A stretch of DNA of 64,000 bases from Clostridiaceae bacterium (GCA_012838795.1 DUOO01000010.1:26411-90410); one strand, 5' to 3'; positions 28,351 to 39,503 are shown, numbered from the stretch's first letter. The notes: generated by a model from the sequence alone, not told the origin. Numbers and translations are program-made.

Positions 28351-29139
28351 ATGACTATTCGATCAACAGACACATCAGATACGACAATAAATAATAGGCT
28401 GAGAGCTACTGAATTGGATGTGATCCGGGGCTTTGCAATTATTTTAATGTTCGGTCATCATTTTATGTATGATGTTCATTATATATTCGGCTATCCTAAT
28501 TTCAGTTGGCTGTTCGGTCCGGCGATGGAGAGCATTTATCATCCGCTGATTTATATTTTATTTCTTGGCGTTGCCGGTGCCTGCAGCTGCTTTTCCCGCA
28601 ATAATTTGAAACGTTCAGGCAGACTGGCTCTGATTGCTTTGGGGTTAACTCTGATAACTTCAATTGTTTCAGCAGTCATCAAATCAGATTATTATATTTT
28701 GTGGCAAGTTATTCATTGTCTGGCATTCTGTAATTTACTGAATGGTTTGTTGGAAAAAACGGTTTTGTCTGAAAAAATAAAAATAGTTATTTTGCTTCTT
28801 ACGGGTTTTATAATCCTTTTTTATGTACCGCAAATATTTAATGTTTTTAATTTGGATTATAAAGGATCTCCGTTATTATTACCGTTCGGAATCGGTTATT
28901 TGCGTCCGGAAGTTCCCGGAATGCTTGATTATTTACCCTTGATTCCGTATAGCGGATGTTTTTTTATCGGAGTAGCTTTGGGTAAAATTATTTATCCCGG
29001 CGGCAGGATACAAAAACAATATTGCAGCGGAAAAGTCTTCAGACCATTGGCTTTTATGGGCAGGCATGCTTTGTTAATCTATGCAATTCATCAACCGATT
29101 TTGATAGCTGTGATTTGGTTATGGACAAAATTATTTTAA
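28351..29139 (+). CDS. DUF1624-like integral membrane protein (acyltransferase-like)
   Basis: Multi-pass membrane protein. The N-terminal R..ELD..RG.A...M...H motif is typical of DUF1624/heparan-glucosaminide N-acetyltransferase-like proteins. Confidence 0.55.
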   Translation: MTIRSTDTSDTTINNRLRATELDVIRGFAIILMFGHHFMYDVHYIFGYPNFSWLFGPAMESIYHPLIYILFLGVAGACSCFSRNNLKRSGRLALIALGLTLITSIVSAVIKSDYYILWQVIHCLAFCNLLNGLLEKTVLSEKIKIVILLLTGFIILFYVPQIFNVFNLDYKGSPLLLPFGIGYLRPEVPGMLDYLPLIPYSGCFFIGVALGKIIYPGGRIQKQYCSGKVFRPLAFMGRHALLIYAIHQPILIAVIWLWTKLF

Positions 29140-29156
29140 TTAAGAAAGAATAATCT

Positions 29157-30650
29157 ATGCGAGTCATTTTAGAGAACCATCAAGAATATCAGAGCATTGC
29201 GGAAATATTACGACTATTTTTTCTTGAAGTCGGGAAATTGGAATCAGGTGTTATCTTAGTAGCGGATTCGGAATATTCGGATATGGTTTTATTTTCTGCC
29301 ATTGAATATGAAGTAAGCTTGGAACAAATGCGTAATCAGGCTGATCAAACTGAAATATTAGTCCAAAGTCAAATAGCCGATTCGGATTTATCGATTTCAG
29401 CAAAGGTAATCCCTTCAGCTCTTAGACGTGAAATAAAAAGACAAACTTACTTCTTATTGAGTGAGTTAACAGATATCCGCTATCCGTGGGGATCACTTAC
29501 AGGTGTGCGACCGACTCAAATAGCCTATCGCAGTTTTTTGGAGAATGAGCAGAATAAAAACCGGACAATTCAAGATTTGATCGAGAATTGGTACGTTATC
29601 CCGGAGAAAGCAGAGATCGGATTGAAAACTGCTTTGGCTGAAGTTGCAATTCTATCAGATTTACAACCCGAATTACCGATGTTATATATCGGAGTACCTT
29701 TTTGTACAACAAGGTGTAGCTATTGCAGCTTCATCACACAAGATTCGATTAATTTAGGTGCGGAATTAGATATCTATGTGGAAGCTTTATTGCAGGAGAT
29801 TGTCGAAGTTTCAGATTATTTGAGACAAATTAATAAACCGTTTCAAGCAATCTATATGGGCGGAGGAACACCGACAGCTCTTTCCGATCAAGGCTTTGCA
29901 AAAGTGATGACAGCAATTAAGGAGCGGATTCCGCAAACAAAGAATTGTGAAATTACGATAGAAGCCGGCAGACCTGATTCGATTACACCTGCAAAGTTTA
30001 CCGCGATCAAGGAGTTATCCGAGACCAGAATATGTATCAATCCTCAAACAATGCATGACCGAACATTACGTACGATTGGCAGAGACCATTCGGTTGAAAA
30101 TGTTTATCAGACATATCAACTCGCACGAGCTCATCAATTTTCATCAATTAACATGGATTTAATTCTGGGGCTTCCGGGTGAAACGGGAGATGACTTTTTA
30201 TATTCTTTAGAAAAATTGCTGGAGCTGGATCCCGAAAACATTACAATTCATACTATGGCATTGAAAAGATCTGCTTTCTTACAACAACATGCCGAACAAT
30301 ATCTGAAATTAAGATTTCCTGATCCGGAATTAAGCGATGCATTTACTGTTGCGATTCGGAAATTGGAAAAGCAAGGTTATCAGCCTTATTATTTATATCG
30401 CCAAAAGAATGTGCGTGGCGGTTTGGAGAATATAGGATTTGCGAAATCGGGACATGCTTGTATCTATAATGTCGGTATGATGAGTGATCGAATTTCAGTT
30501 GTGGGCCTGGGCAGCGGTTCAAGTTCGAAAAGAGTAAATGGTGACCGTTTGGAGCGGATATATAATCCAAAAGATTTAACAAATTATGTCGGGCGTCTTA
30601 CAGAAATAATTCAACGAAAAATAGATTTTTTCTCGGAATCAAACTCATAA
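29157..30650 (+). CDS. hemZ: HemZ-like radical SAM protein (oxygen-independent coproporphyrinogen oxidase family)
   Basis: CxxxCxxC cluster PFCTTRCSYCSF, GGGTP motif and a HemN-like C-terminal region. A ~180-aa N-terminal extension is typical of HemZ. Confidence 0.75.
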   Translation: MRVILENHQEYQSIAEILRLFFLEVGKLESGVILVADSEYSDMVLFSAIEYEVSLEQMRNQADQTEILVQSQIADSDLSISAKVIPSALRREIKRQTYFLLSELTDIRYPWGSLTGVRPTQIAYRSFLENEQNKNRTIQDLIENWYVIPEKAEIGLKTALAEVAILSDLQPELPMLYIGVPFCTTRCSYCSFITQDSINLGAELDIYVEALLQEIVEVSDYLRQINKPFQAIYMGGGTPTALSDQGFAKVMTAIKERIPQTKNCEITIEAGRPDSITPAKFTAIKELSETRICINPQTMHDRTLRTIGRDHSVENVYQTYQLARAHQFSSINMDLILGLPGETGDDFLYSLEKLLELDPENITIHTMALKRSAFLQQHAEQYLKLRFPDPELSDAFTVAIRKLEKQGYQPYYLYRQKNVRGGLENIGFAKSGHACIYNVGMMSDRISVVGLGSGSSSKRVNGDRLERIYNPKDLTNYVGRLTEIIQRKIDFFSESNS

Positions 30651-30784
30651 TTATAATTTGTAAAATACTTATCAATTAGTTCTTGTCTTATCAATTATAA
30701 ACGTTTAAGATGTATAGTAATTTGGCTTTTTTGCAGTGAAGTTTCATCAATCAAAGTCAAGAGATATTACATAGGGAGATAACC

Positions 30785-31738
30785 ATGAGAATAATTGAAG
30801 GTAAGAAGATTGCTATTGTAGGTGCCGGAAAAGTCGGAGCAAACATTGCTTATGTCATGTCTATACGCCATACATGCAATGAGTTGGTATTGATAGATAT
30901 TGACCAAAAGAGAGCAGAGGGCGAGGTTATGGATATCAAACATGGCTTGCCTTTTTTAAATCAAATGGAAATATATGCAGGGGATTATTCAGATATCAAG
31001 GGTTGTGACATTATTGTGGTAACTGCAGGTGCCAAACGTAAACCCGGTGAAACTCGTTTGGATTTAGCGGAAAAAAATTGTCGTATAGCTAAATCAATAA
31101 CCGAAAGCATCATGAAATATTATGATGGAGGAATCATTTTAGTTGTATCAAATCCGGTTGATGTATTAACATATCATGTCAGCAAATGGACCGGATTACC
31201 GCGCGGTACGGTTGTCGGATCAGGTACGGTTCTTGATGGTATTCGTTTACGGACTTTGTTATCCGAAAAATTTAATATCGATATGAAAAATGTTCATGCT
31301 TATGTTTTCGGTGAACATGGTGAGACTCAATTCCCCGCTTGGAGTTTTTCGAATATTTCCGGTTTCAGCATTGAAGATTATTGTGCAGCATCCGGGATCG
31401 ACTTGACGGAAGAGGAAAAATCAGAAATAGCTGAAAAAACCAAAAAAGCCGGAGCTGAAGTTATTAAGCGAAAAGGTGCGACTTTTTACGGTATCGGTAT
31501 TGCAACGACTGAACTTTGTAATTCATTTATTAATAATGAAAATACAATTCGTACGGTAGGTTGTGTTTTAGATGGTGAATACGGTCTGAGTGATGTTGTT
31601 GTTAATGTTCCTTGTATTGTCGGCAGCAAAGGCATTGAAAAAGTGCTTAAAGTACCATTGCCGCCGGATGAGATGGAACTTCTGCACAAATCTGCTGCTG
31701 CTGTTCGTTCGGTAATTGAAGTGACCGCAGATATTTAG
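30785..31738 (+). CDS. ldh: L-lactate dehydrogenase
   Basis: KIAIVGAGKVGANIAY Rossmann motif, VVTAGAKRKPGETRLDL, and GEHGETQ with the catalytic His. Confidence 0.9.
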   Translation: MRIIEGKKIAIVGAGKVGANIAYVMSIRHTCNELVLIDIDQKRAEGEVMDIKHGLPFLNQMEIYAGDYSDIKGCDIIVVTAGAKRKPGETRLDLAEKNCRIAKSITESIMKYYDGGIILVVSNPVDVLTYHVSKWTGLPRGTVVGSGTVLDGIRLRTLLSEKFNIDMKNVHAYVFGEHGETQFPAWSFSNISGFSIEDYCAASGIDLTEEEKSEIAEKTKKAGAEVIKRKGATFYGIGIATTELCNSFINNENTIRTVGCVLDGEYGLSDVVVNVPCIVGSKGIEKVLKVPLPPDEMELLHKSAAAVRSVIEVTADI

Positions 31739-31765
31739 TAATAAAATTATAATAAATATTAATTG

Positions 31766-31808
31766 AAACACTCCGAAAAAGCAGTTACTTTCAATTCGGA
31801 GTGTTTTT
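31766..31808. terminator. Bidirectional terminator between convergent ldh and pepA
   Basis: Perfect 12-bp stem aaacactccgaa / ttcggagtgttt, with a T-tract on the plus strand and an A-tract upstream. Confidence 0.8.
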
Positions 31809-31823
31809 GTGTTGTGATAATAT

Positions 31824-33254
31824 TTAATTGGCCGACAATAATTCTACCAATGTTTTAACGTGAACACCTGTAGCACGTTCCGGCAAATAATCATTTTCTT
31901 TACTTAAATAAGCCGTTCCGGCGATGTCTAAATGAATCCAAGGTGTATTGTTTGCAACAAATTCACCGATAAATTGACCTCCGGTGATTGTTCCTGCCAA
32001 ACGTCCGCCAACGTTTTTAATATCGGCAACTCTCGATTTATTGGCTTCTGCAAGTTTTTTATCATTTGGCAATAACCAGACTTTTTCTCCGACTTTATTT
32101 GCAGCTGCTTCAAATCTTTGATAAAAAGCATTGTTATTGGTAATGACACCGGTATATTCTTCACCCAGAGCGACCAGACAGGCACCGGTTAAGGTTGCTA
32201 AATCAATTACCTGATCAACTTTCAGATTGTTCGTAGCATAGTAAACCGCATCTGCCAGAGTAACCCGTCCTTCAGCATCCGTATTACCGATTTCAATTGT
32301 TTTGCCGGACAACGAGTTAATAATGTCACCGACTTTGAATGAAGTTCCGGAAATCAAGTTTTCGCAAGCTGCAATAACACCATACGCATTTGTCTCAGCT
32401 TTAGTTTTGGCCAATGCATACATTGTACCGATGACTGTACCTGCACCGCCCATGTCGCAATGCATACTTAACATTCCGTCAGAAGGTTTTATCGAATAGC
32501 CGCCGCTGTCGTAGGTAATGCCTTTACCGACTAAACCGGTAATTTGCTCGGAGTTCGGGTTGCCTTGATATTTCATGACGATTAATTTCGGTTCTTTACT
32601 TGAACCTTGGGCAACTGCCAGGAAGGCTTCCATACCGATTTCTTTTATTTGCTCACGATTATATACCCTTACTTCAACACCTAAATGTTGAAGGGAGTCC
32701 GCTGCTGCTTGAGCCAAAGTCTCAGGATAAATGTAATTTGAAGTTTGGTTTACCAGATTTCTGGCTAAGAAAACTCCGTCCATAATATCTTTTAACTTGT
32801 TAAATGCATCTTGCATTTTTTCTTCTGAGCCGTTGTCCGGAGTATAATTTATCGTCAATTTTTTGACCGGGTTTTCAGATTTTTCAGATAAATATCGATC
32901 AAATTTATAAGTAGCCTGAATCATGCCTTCAGCAATTGATTGCATTACTTGGACATCACATTTTTCAGAAATTGGCGGCATTGTAATCTCAATTTCAGAA
33001 ATTTTATTTGCATTTGCGGTTTTATAGATTTTAAAACCTAAATAGCGTAACTCGTCAAAAGTCAAATTCTGATCGGCATTCAATCCGACTAGGATTGAAC
33101 CTCCGGATTCCGGATTCGGCAAATAAAAAACTTCAATGTGTTCCGCATTAAATGAGGTATTATCCTTTGCCCAATTAATCAAATTAACCCGGTTTTGATC
33201 TGAACTAAATATAACGGGAATTCCCCCATTTTGATAAAATCTTAAATTAACCAT
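31824..33254 (-). CDS. pepA: Leucyl aminopeptidase (M17)
   Basis: VGKGITYDSGGYSIKP and NTDAEGR motifs. Start moved to the ATG at 33254 (MVNLRF..), which is preceded by AAAGAGG. Confidence 0.9.
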   Translation of the reverse strand: MVNLRFYQNGGIPVIFSSDQNRVNLINWAKDNTSFNAEHIEVFYLPNPESGGSILVGLNADQNLTFDELRYLGFKIYKTANANKISEIEITMPPISEKCDVQVMQSIAEGMIQATYKFDRYLSEKSENPVKKLTINYTPDNGSEEKMQDAFNKLKDIMDGVFLARNLVNQTSNYIYPETLAQAAADSLQHLGVEVRVYNREQIKEIGMEAFLAVAQGSSKEPKLIVMKYQGNPNSEQITGLVGKGITYDSGGYSIKPSDGMLSMHCDMGGAGTVIGTMYALAKTKAETNAYGVIAACENLISGTSFKVGDIINSLSGKTIEIGNTDAEGRVTLADAVYYATNNLKVDQVIDLATLTGACLVALGEEYTGVITNNNAFYQRFEAAANKVGEKVWLLPNDKKLAEANKSRVADIKNVGGRLAGTITGGQFIGEFVANNTPWIHLDIAGTAYLSKENDYLPERATGVHVKTLVELLSAN

Positions 33255-33447
33255 AGTACCTCTTTCTAATTTGCTTGTTATTTGGAATTTGGATTTGAAA
33301 ATAACAAACACATCTTAATATTGAAAATATCTTTTGCTATCATAACGCAGAATCAGATTTGATACAAAACATCATTACAGATAACTTATCGTGAGATATA
33401 GGAGTTTAAATTTACTGAATTAAGCTCTGGCGAAAAAATATTAAAAA

Positions 33448-34692
33448 TTATTGATTTCTGCCGAGTTTAAGAAAATCACCACCCATTTGCTGATTAAGCT
33501 CGAAGATAAGATTCTTGATTTGATCTTGTTTTGCTGAATTTTTGGATTTATTGCTATCATCCGCAACGGATAGGTTGCTTGAAACAATATCGGCAAAAGA
33601 CATTTGAGTATAAACTTCACCTTGATTTTCCAAACCGGAAACAGTGACTGCCAATAACCTGATTGGAGTTGTTTCATCCCATAATTCATTGATCAGCTGC
33701 CAGACAATCGGCCAGACTTGATCACGTTTTTGAATATGCCGGTTCAATGTGGTTTGACGGGAAAAAATTTGAAAATCGGAGCTTTTCAATTGAACTTGTA
33801 TTACATTGCATACTTTTTTCGATTTTATTAATCGTGTAACAACTTCATCAACTAAACCGGATAAACCTTCTCTGATTTTTTCCCAACCGGTTAAATCTTC
33901 GCTGAATGTCATGCCGTTACCGATCGATTTAGCTTCATCTAATTCGGAATACTTCTGTACTTCACTATTTTCTAAACCGCGTGCATATAAACTAAGGTTT
34001 TCTCCGATTTTACCGAGATAAGAAGCAAGAAAATCAGGGTCGGTTTTCGCAATATCACCGATAGTATTAATATTAAGGATTCTTAAACGTTCAGCAGTTA
34101 CTTTTCCGACGTAAAGTAAATTTGTAATATCAAGCGGCCAAACTTTTGTTGTTAAATCTTCCGGTAAAATAACAGTGGTTGCATCAGGTTTTTTGAAGTC
34201 ACTGCCCAGCTTGGCCAAGATTTTATTAAAAGAAACACCGACTGATATTGTCAGACCGATGCTTTCTCTGATTCTTTTTCTGAGCAAATCGGCAAATTGT
34301 GCCGGACTCGCAGCATAGTTTTGCCATAAATCAGTCATGTCTAAAAAACTTTCATCAATACCGAAAGGTTCAACCCGTTCGGTATATTCACGATAAATAT
34401 TATTGATTTTAATGGAATATTCTTGATAAAGATCATGGTGCGGACTTACACAAATTAAATCAGGACATTTGCGTTTAGCCTCGGAAATTGTTTCGGCAGT
34501 AATAACTCCTGCTTCTTTTGCCAATTGGTTTTTGGCCAAGATAATACCGTGTCTGTTTTCCGGATTACCTGTAACTGCCATCGGTAAATTACGTAATTCC
34601 GGGCGCAATAAACATTCTACTGAAGCATAATAACCATTACAATCGCAATGTAAAATTGTTCTGTGAGGGTTAATTTTACTTGAAAGTTCCAT
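33448..34692 (-). CDS. dinB: Y-family DNA polymerase (Pol IV / DinB-like), paralogue 2
   Basis: ILHCDCNGYYASVE and GIDESFLDMT motifs. The ATG at 34692 (MELSSK..) is preferred over the TTG at 34728. Confidence 0.85.
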   Translation of the reverse strand: MELSSKINPHRTILHCDCNGYYASVECLLRPELRNLPMAVTGNPENRHGIILAKNQLAKEAGVITAETISEAKRKCPDLICVSPHHDLYQEYSIKINNIYREYTERVEPFGIDESFLDMTDLWQNYAASPAQFADLLRKRIRESIGLTISVGVSFNKILAKLGSDFKKPDATTVILPEDLTTKVWPLDITNLLYVGKVTAERLRILNINTIGDIAKTDPDFLASYLGKIGENLSLYARGLENSEVQKYSELDEAKSIGNGMTFSEDLTGWEKIREGLSGLVDEVVTRLIKSKKVCNVIQVQLKSSDFQIFSRQTTLNRHIQKRDQVWPIVWQLINELWDETTPIRLLAVTVSGLENQGEVYTQMSFADIVSSNLSVADDSNKSKNSAKQDQIKNLIFELNQQMGGDFLKLGRNQ

Positions 34693-34889
34693 TGCCTTAT
34701 ATTCCTTTAAATGATGCAATTTAGTCAAAGAACATGATTGCTGAATATTATAAAATTTTATTTAATATTGCAATTAACTCAAATTAACTTTAACATAAAA
34801 ATATCTCAAATGGATAAAACTATATATCAAATAAATAAAGACAAAAAAATTTTGAGTTGCTCAAGATTTTTTGTAATTGAGGGTAGTGC

Positions 34890-35840
34890 ATGAAAACATA
34901 CGATTTTATCAGTTTAGGTGAAGTTTTGATTGATTTTATTCCGACCGGAAAAAGCAGAGATTTAAGTGTGAATTTCGGCGGTGCTCCGGCGAATGTTGCA
35001 GTAGCAATGAGCAGAAATCAGTTTGTCACGGCATTTTGCGGTATGGTAGGCGATGATGATTTCGGAAAATTAATTGCCTCAACTTTTGCGCAGGAAAACA
35101 TTGATTTTCTTTGCCCTGAATTCACAACAGAGGCTACGACAACTTTAGCTTTTGTCACACTAAGTGAAAGTGGGGACAGAAGTTTTACTTTTGCCAGAAA
35201 GCCGGGAGCAGATATGTTCATGGCCAAAGAACAGATACCACCGGAACAAATAGCCGAAACTAAAATGTTAAACGCAGGAACTTTATCAATGGTCAGCGGT
35301 CCTGCTAAAGAGACAACGATTTATGCTTTGCAAGAAGCTCATCGTCAGGGAAAAATTGTAACGCTTGATCTTAATTATCGTGATCAATTATGGAATTATG
35401 ATGCGGAAGCATGTTCTAAGGCTTTGCAAAATGTTTTGCCTTATGTTGACCTTTTGAAAGTTTCAGAAGAAGAAGTGGAGATGATCGGGATGCCGATTCA
35501 AGAAGCACTTGATCATTATAATATCACGGCAATTATAGAAACACTCGGGGCAGACGGGTCACAATGTCATATAAAGAATAGAATACTTAAACAGGAAGGC
35601 ATCAAGGCTAAAGTAAAAGATACGACCGGTGCAGGTGATGCTTTTTGGGGTGCTTTTTTGGCTGAAATATTACGTACGGGAAAATTAAAGGCAAAAGAAT
35701 TAGTTGAAGCCGATTTTGTGAATGCTTTACAAATGGGAGCTGTTTCAGGCTATTATTGTGTACAGCAAAAAGGCGCAATTGAGTCTTTGCCGACTTATTC
35801 AGAAATATTAGCTGTTAAAAACGAACTTTTTGATGCATAA
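34890..35840 (+). CDS. PfkB-family carbohydrate kinase (fructokinase-like)
   Basis: GGAPANVA N-terminal motif and DTTGAGDAF C-terminal motif. Confidence 0.8.
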   Translation: MKTYDFISLGEVLIDFIPTGKSRDLSVNFGGAPANVAVAMSRNQFVTAFCGMVGDDDFGKLIASTFAQENIDFLCPEFTTEATTTLAFVTLSESGDRSFTFARKPGADMFMAKEQIPPEQIAETKMLNAGTLSMVSGPAKETTIYALQEAHRQGKIVTLDLNYRDQLWNYDAEACSKALQNVLPYVDLLKVSEEEVEMIGMPIQEALDHYNITAIIETLGADGSQCHIKNRILKQEGIKAKVKDTTGAGDAFWGAFLAEILRTGKLKAKELVEADFVNALQMGAVSGYYCVQQKGAIESLPTYSEILAVKNELFDA

Positions 35841-35971
35841 ATATGTTACTGAATAAAGGTGACATAAGAGTCATTATATAGTAATTTGATATAGCATAAT
35901 CTATGTGATTTAAGAAAAAACAGAGATTAATGTTGTATTAAAAGCAGTATTAGAATTACGAGGAGAACTAA

Positions 35972-37720
35972 GTGAAGAAAAATCAACCATTACATTATGT
36001 AAGACAAATTGATGACCTGCGCGAGATGTTGCGTGGCAGTGTGAAAGAATATGCAGACAAAACAGTTTTTTTAACTAAACCTGAAATAGGCAAACCCTAT
36101 GTACCGGTGACATATGCAAAATATGGCAAAGACATTGAAGCTTTCGGCAGTAAGTTAACAGAAATGGGTGTGGTTAATGATGTCAGAGTAGCTGTTCTGT
36201 CAGAAACACGCTATGAGTGGTATGTAACTTATTTGGCCACGGTTACCGGTCTGGGTGTCATTGTACCTTTAGATAAAGAATTGCCTGCGAACGAAATCAA
36301 TTCAATGTTGCAAAGAGCAAAAGTCTCCGTTTTGGTCTACTCTTCGACATTGCGCGAAAAAGTACTAGAAGCGGCTGAAGGGCTTGCAACACTCAAAACT
36401 TTGATTTTAATGGATAATTATAAAAATGAAGTAGAACCTTTTACCAGCCGTGAAGTGAGTGAAACTTTGCCTCCGGAGTATTCATGGGAAGCGTTGCGAA
36501 AAGACGGTGAACAGTTATTGGCAGACGGATACAGAGATTATTTGGATTGTGAAATAGATCCTTTTGAAATGAGAATATTGCTTTTTACTTCGGGAACTAC
36601 TGCCAGATCCAAAGCTGTAATGCATTCACATCATTCAATCAGTTCTAATCTGATGGCAATGTGTTCAATGGTATATATCAATGATGATGTGTGTCTTTCG
36701 GTATTACCGTTGCATCATACATATGAATGTACCTGCGGTTTTCTTTGTCAAGTATACAGAGGCAATGCAGTTGCTGAACTTGAAGGCTTGCGCTATCTGG
36801 TCCAAAACCTGGCTGAGAGTAAAACTACTTTAATTTTAACGGTTCCTTTAATTTTGGAGGCTTTACATAAAAGAATCTGGAAATCAATTGATAAACAAGG
36901 TAAAAGAAAGAAAGTAGAATTTGCTTTAAAATTGACACGCGGTCTGAGAAAAATCGGTATAGATTTAAGAAAAAAAATCTTCAAAGATATTCATGCAGCA
37001 TTAGGCGGTCATATGCGTCTCTTAATTTCAGGCGGAGCGGCGATTGATCCTCAGGTATTACAAGACTTAAATGATTTCGGTTTCCTGGCGATTCAGGGAT
37101 ACGGTTTAACCGAATGTGGTCCGATCATGGCTTTGAATCGTGATGTTAATTACATGCATGAATCGGCCGGCTTGCCAATGCCCGGAACTGTAGCAGAAGT
37201 TTACGATCCGGACGAAGACGGAATTGGTGAATTCCGAACCAAGGGTCCGAATGTTATGCTGGGATATTATGGTGATGAAGATTTAACTGCTGAAACATTA
37301 CGTGACGGTTGGTTCTACACAGGAGATTACGGCTATATGACTGAAGATAATTTCTTAATCATCACCGGACGTAAAAAGAATGTCATTGTTACCAAAAACG
37401 GTAAAAACATTTTCCCGGAAGAATTAGAAGCACTCTTAAATCGTAATCCTGAAATTGCTGAATCAGTCGTCAGCGGTGTAGAAGGGAGAAATGGCGATTT
37501 GGATATTGTCGTGGAAATTTTTCCGGACGAAGAAGCAGTGCAAGAAACTTTAGGCAAACAATCTGTTACCGAAGAAGAAACATATGAATTGGTAGATTCT
37601 TTGGTCAAAGAATTGAATAAAGATCAGCCGATCTATAAGAAAATTAAAAAGGTAACTTTACGTAATGAACCTTTCGAGAAGAATACTTCAAAGAAAATTC
37701 TCAGAGATTATTCGAAATAG
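35972..37720 (+). CDS. AMP-dependent acyl-CoA synthetase (long-chain fatty acid--CoA ligase-like)
   Basis: AMP-binding motif LFTSGTTARSKAV, plus GYGLTE and YTGDYG motifs. GTG start after GAGGAG. Confidence 0.8.
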   Translation: MKKNQPLHYVRQIDDLREMLRGSVKEYADKTVFLTKPEIGKPYVPVTYAKYGKDIEAFGSKLTEMGVVNDVRVAVLSETRYEWYVTYLATVTGLGVIVPLDKELPANEINSMLQRAKVSVLVYSSTLREKVLEAAEGLATLKTLILMDNYKNEVEPFTSREVSETLPPEYSWEALRKDGEQLLADGYRDYLDCEIDPFEMRILLFTSGTTARSKAVMHSHHSISSNLMAMCSMVYINDDVCLSVLPLHHTYECTCGFLCQVYRGNAVAELEGLRYLVQNLAESKTTLILTVPLILEALHKRIWKSIDKQGKRKKVEFALKLTRGLRKIGIDLRKKIFKDIHAALGGHMRLLISGGAAIDPQVLQDLNDFGFLAIQGYGLTECGPIMALNRDVNYMHESAGLPMPGTVAEVYDPDEDGIGEFRTKGPNVMLGYYGDEDLTAETLRDGWFYTGDYGYMTEDNFLIITGRKKNVIVTKNGKNIFPEELEALLNRNPEIAESVVSGVEGRNGDLDIVVEIFPDEEAVQETLGKQSVTEEETYELVDSLVKELNKDQPIYKKIKKVTLRNEPFEKNTSKKILRDYSK

Positions 37721-37802
37721 TGAGATTTCAGCACGATTCATCACTGGCGAATCCGTTGACTGAGCGAACCTGTTATGGAGATAACTATTTAGGAGGTTTA
37801 AC

Positions 37803-38945
37803 ATGAAATTTACATCCGACAAAAACAGAATCATTTTGATTCCCGACTCTTTTAAAGGAACGATTTCTGCAACTGAAATATGTGAAATAATGACAAATTC
37901 TGTGCGAAAATTCTTACCTGATGTGGAAATTACCGCTATTCCGGTTGCAGACGGTGGTGAGGGAACGGTAGATGCTTTGATCTTGGCGATTGGCGGAGAG
38001 ATTGTCAATGTTGATGTTAAAGGTCCTTTAATGCAGGACATGAAAAGCTTTTACGGCATTTTACCGAATGGCTCGGCAGTAATCGAAGTTGCTGCAGTTG
38101 TCGGATTGCCCCAAATGGAAAAACTTGCAGTTATGGATGCAACTACATATGGTGTAGGCCAATTAATCAGTGATGCTCTGGCAAATGGTCATACTAATAT
38201 TATTGTCGGTTTAGGAGGCAGTGCAACAAATGACGGTGGTGCCGGTGCTTGCTCAGCTTTGGGAATTAAATTTTTTGATAAAGATGATAATGAATTTGTA
38301 CCGGTCGGCAGAACGCTGATTGATATTGAACGTATTGATGCTTCAGGTAAAAATCCTGATTTGAATAATGCGACCATCAAATTGATGTGTGATATCAACA
38401 ATCCTCTTTGTGGAGAAAATGGTGCAGCTGCTGTATTCGGACCGCAAAAAGGTGCTACGGAATCGGATGTTATCGCATTGGATGCCGGTTTGAGAAATTT
38501 TGCGAAAATTGTTAAACGTGACATTGGTGCAGATATCCTTGATGTTCCGGGAGCAGGTGCAGCAGGCGGTATAGGTGGCGGTTTCTATGGTTTGTTAAAT
38601 GGCAAATTGGAAATGGGAATAGATGTAATTTTGGATATTGTAAAATTTGATGAATTATTAGCTGATACAAGTATTATTTTTACAGGAGAAGGCAAAATAG
38701 ATTCACAATCTTTAAGTGGAAAAGTTGTGATAGGCATCGCAAAACGTGCTAAAAAACAAAATGTCCCTTTAATCGCAGTAGTAGGTGACATCGGTGATAA
38801 CATGGATGAAGCTTACGACTATGGGGTAACGGCAATTATGAGTACAAACAGAGTTGCCGTACCTTTTAAAAAGGCTAAATTGAGAGCCAAATCAGATCTG
38901 GCTTTGACAATGAATGAAATTATGCGCTTGCTGACACTTGAATAA
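37803..38945 (+). CDS. glxK: Glycerate kinase
   Basis: ILIPDSFKGTISA and PVADGGEGT N-terminal motifs, GGSATNDGG, and C-terminal TGEGKID. Confidence 0.85.
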   Translation: MKFTSDKNRIILIPDSFKGTISATEICEIMTNSVRKFLPDVEITAIPVADGGEGTVDALILAIGGEIVNVDVKGPLMQDMKSFYGILPNGSAVIEVAAVVGLPQMEKLAVMDATTYGVGQLISDALANGHTNIIVGLGGSATNDGGAGACSALGIKFFDKDDNEFVPVGRTLIDIERIDASGKNPDLNNATIKLMCDINNPLCGENGAAAVFGPQKGATESDVIALDAGLRNFAKIVKRDIGADILDVPGAGAAGGIGGGFYGLLNGKLEMGIDVILDIVKFDELLADTSIIFTGEGKIDSQSLSGKVVIGIAKRAKKQNVPLIAVVGDIGDNMDEAYDYGVTAIMSTNRVAVPFKKAKLRAKSDLALTMNEIMRLLTLE

Positions 38946-39079
38946 ACTGTAGAGTTGTATTTCGGACTTGCACAAATTTATGTTTATCCAAATTTTTTAC
39001 GGCATAAACTAAAATTTCGTGCAAGTTAATTTTCTTCTTCCGGATGAATTGCATTCTTGTTCTGAAGTATCTATAATAA

Positions 39080-39465
39080 AGCGACAATTAAATTAAATGC
39101 GATGACGGGAACAGTAAATCAGGCGCAAAGGGAGAATAGCGAATGGGGGATGGTGTAAGCTCCGTTTCTCTGCCGGATCGAAAATCATCCTTGAGCAGTG
39201 AACCTGAATTTTTAGCAAATTAATTGCCGAAATCTTTGTATTTTTTATTGATTGCTTTGAAAAGAAGAAGACTAAATTAGTAAGGCGAACCGCTTGCTTA
39301 TAATAGTCCTGCGTTAGTGGAAAAAGAGATAAATTTATTTGTAATTCAGAATAGATAACTTTTATTATAAAGTTATTCAATAGAGTGAATAATACAATTA
39401 ATTTATAAAAACGGGTGGTACCGTGCAGATTTGCGCCCCGGGTAAAGAGGCGCTTTTTTATTGAA
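39080..39465 (+). promoter_or_regulatory. T-box leader (Ile-specific candidate) upstream of ileS
   Basis: Stem I start gcgatgacgggaacagta. AUC triplets at 39177-39189 in the putative specifier region. T-box aaacGGGTGGTACCGtgc at ~39408-39427. Terminator gcgcc..ggcgcTTTTTT at 39433-39459. Confidence 0.8.
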
Positions 39466-39503
39466 AAAATGAAATTGATTTTAAATTACTTGAAGGAGTA
39501 AAT

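Noticed and set aside
30651-30784. Rex operator upstream of ldh
   Set aside because: The stretch ttgcagTGAAgtTTCAtcaa superficially resembles TTGTGAA-N4-TTCACAA, but the half-site spacing and flanks do not fit.
34730-34741. LexA box upstream of the second Y-family polymerase
   Set aside because: GAACatgaTTGC matches only one half-site of GAAC-N4-GTTC. Too weak to annotate.
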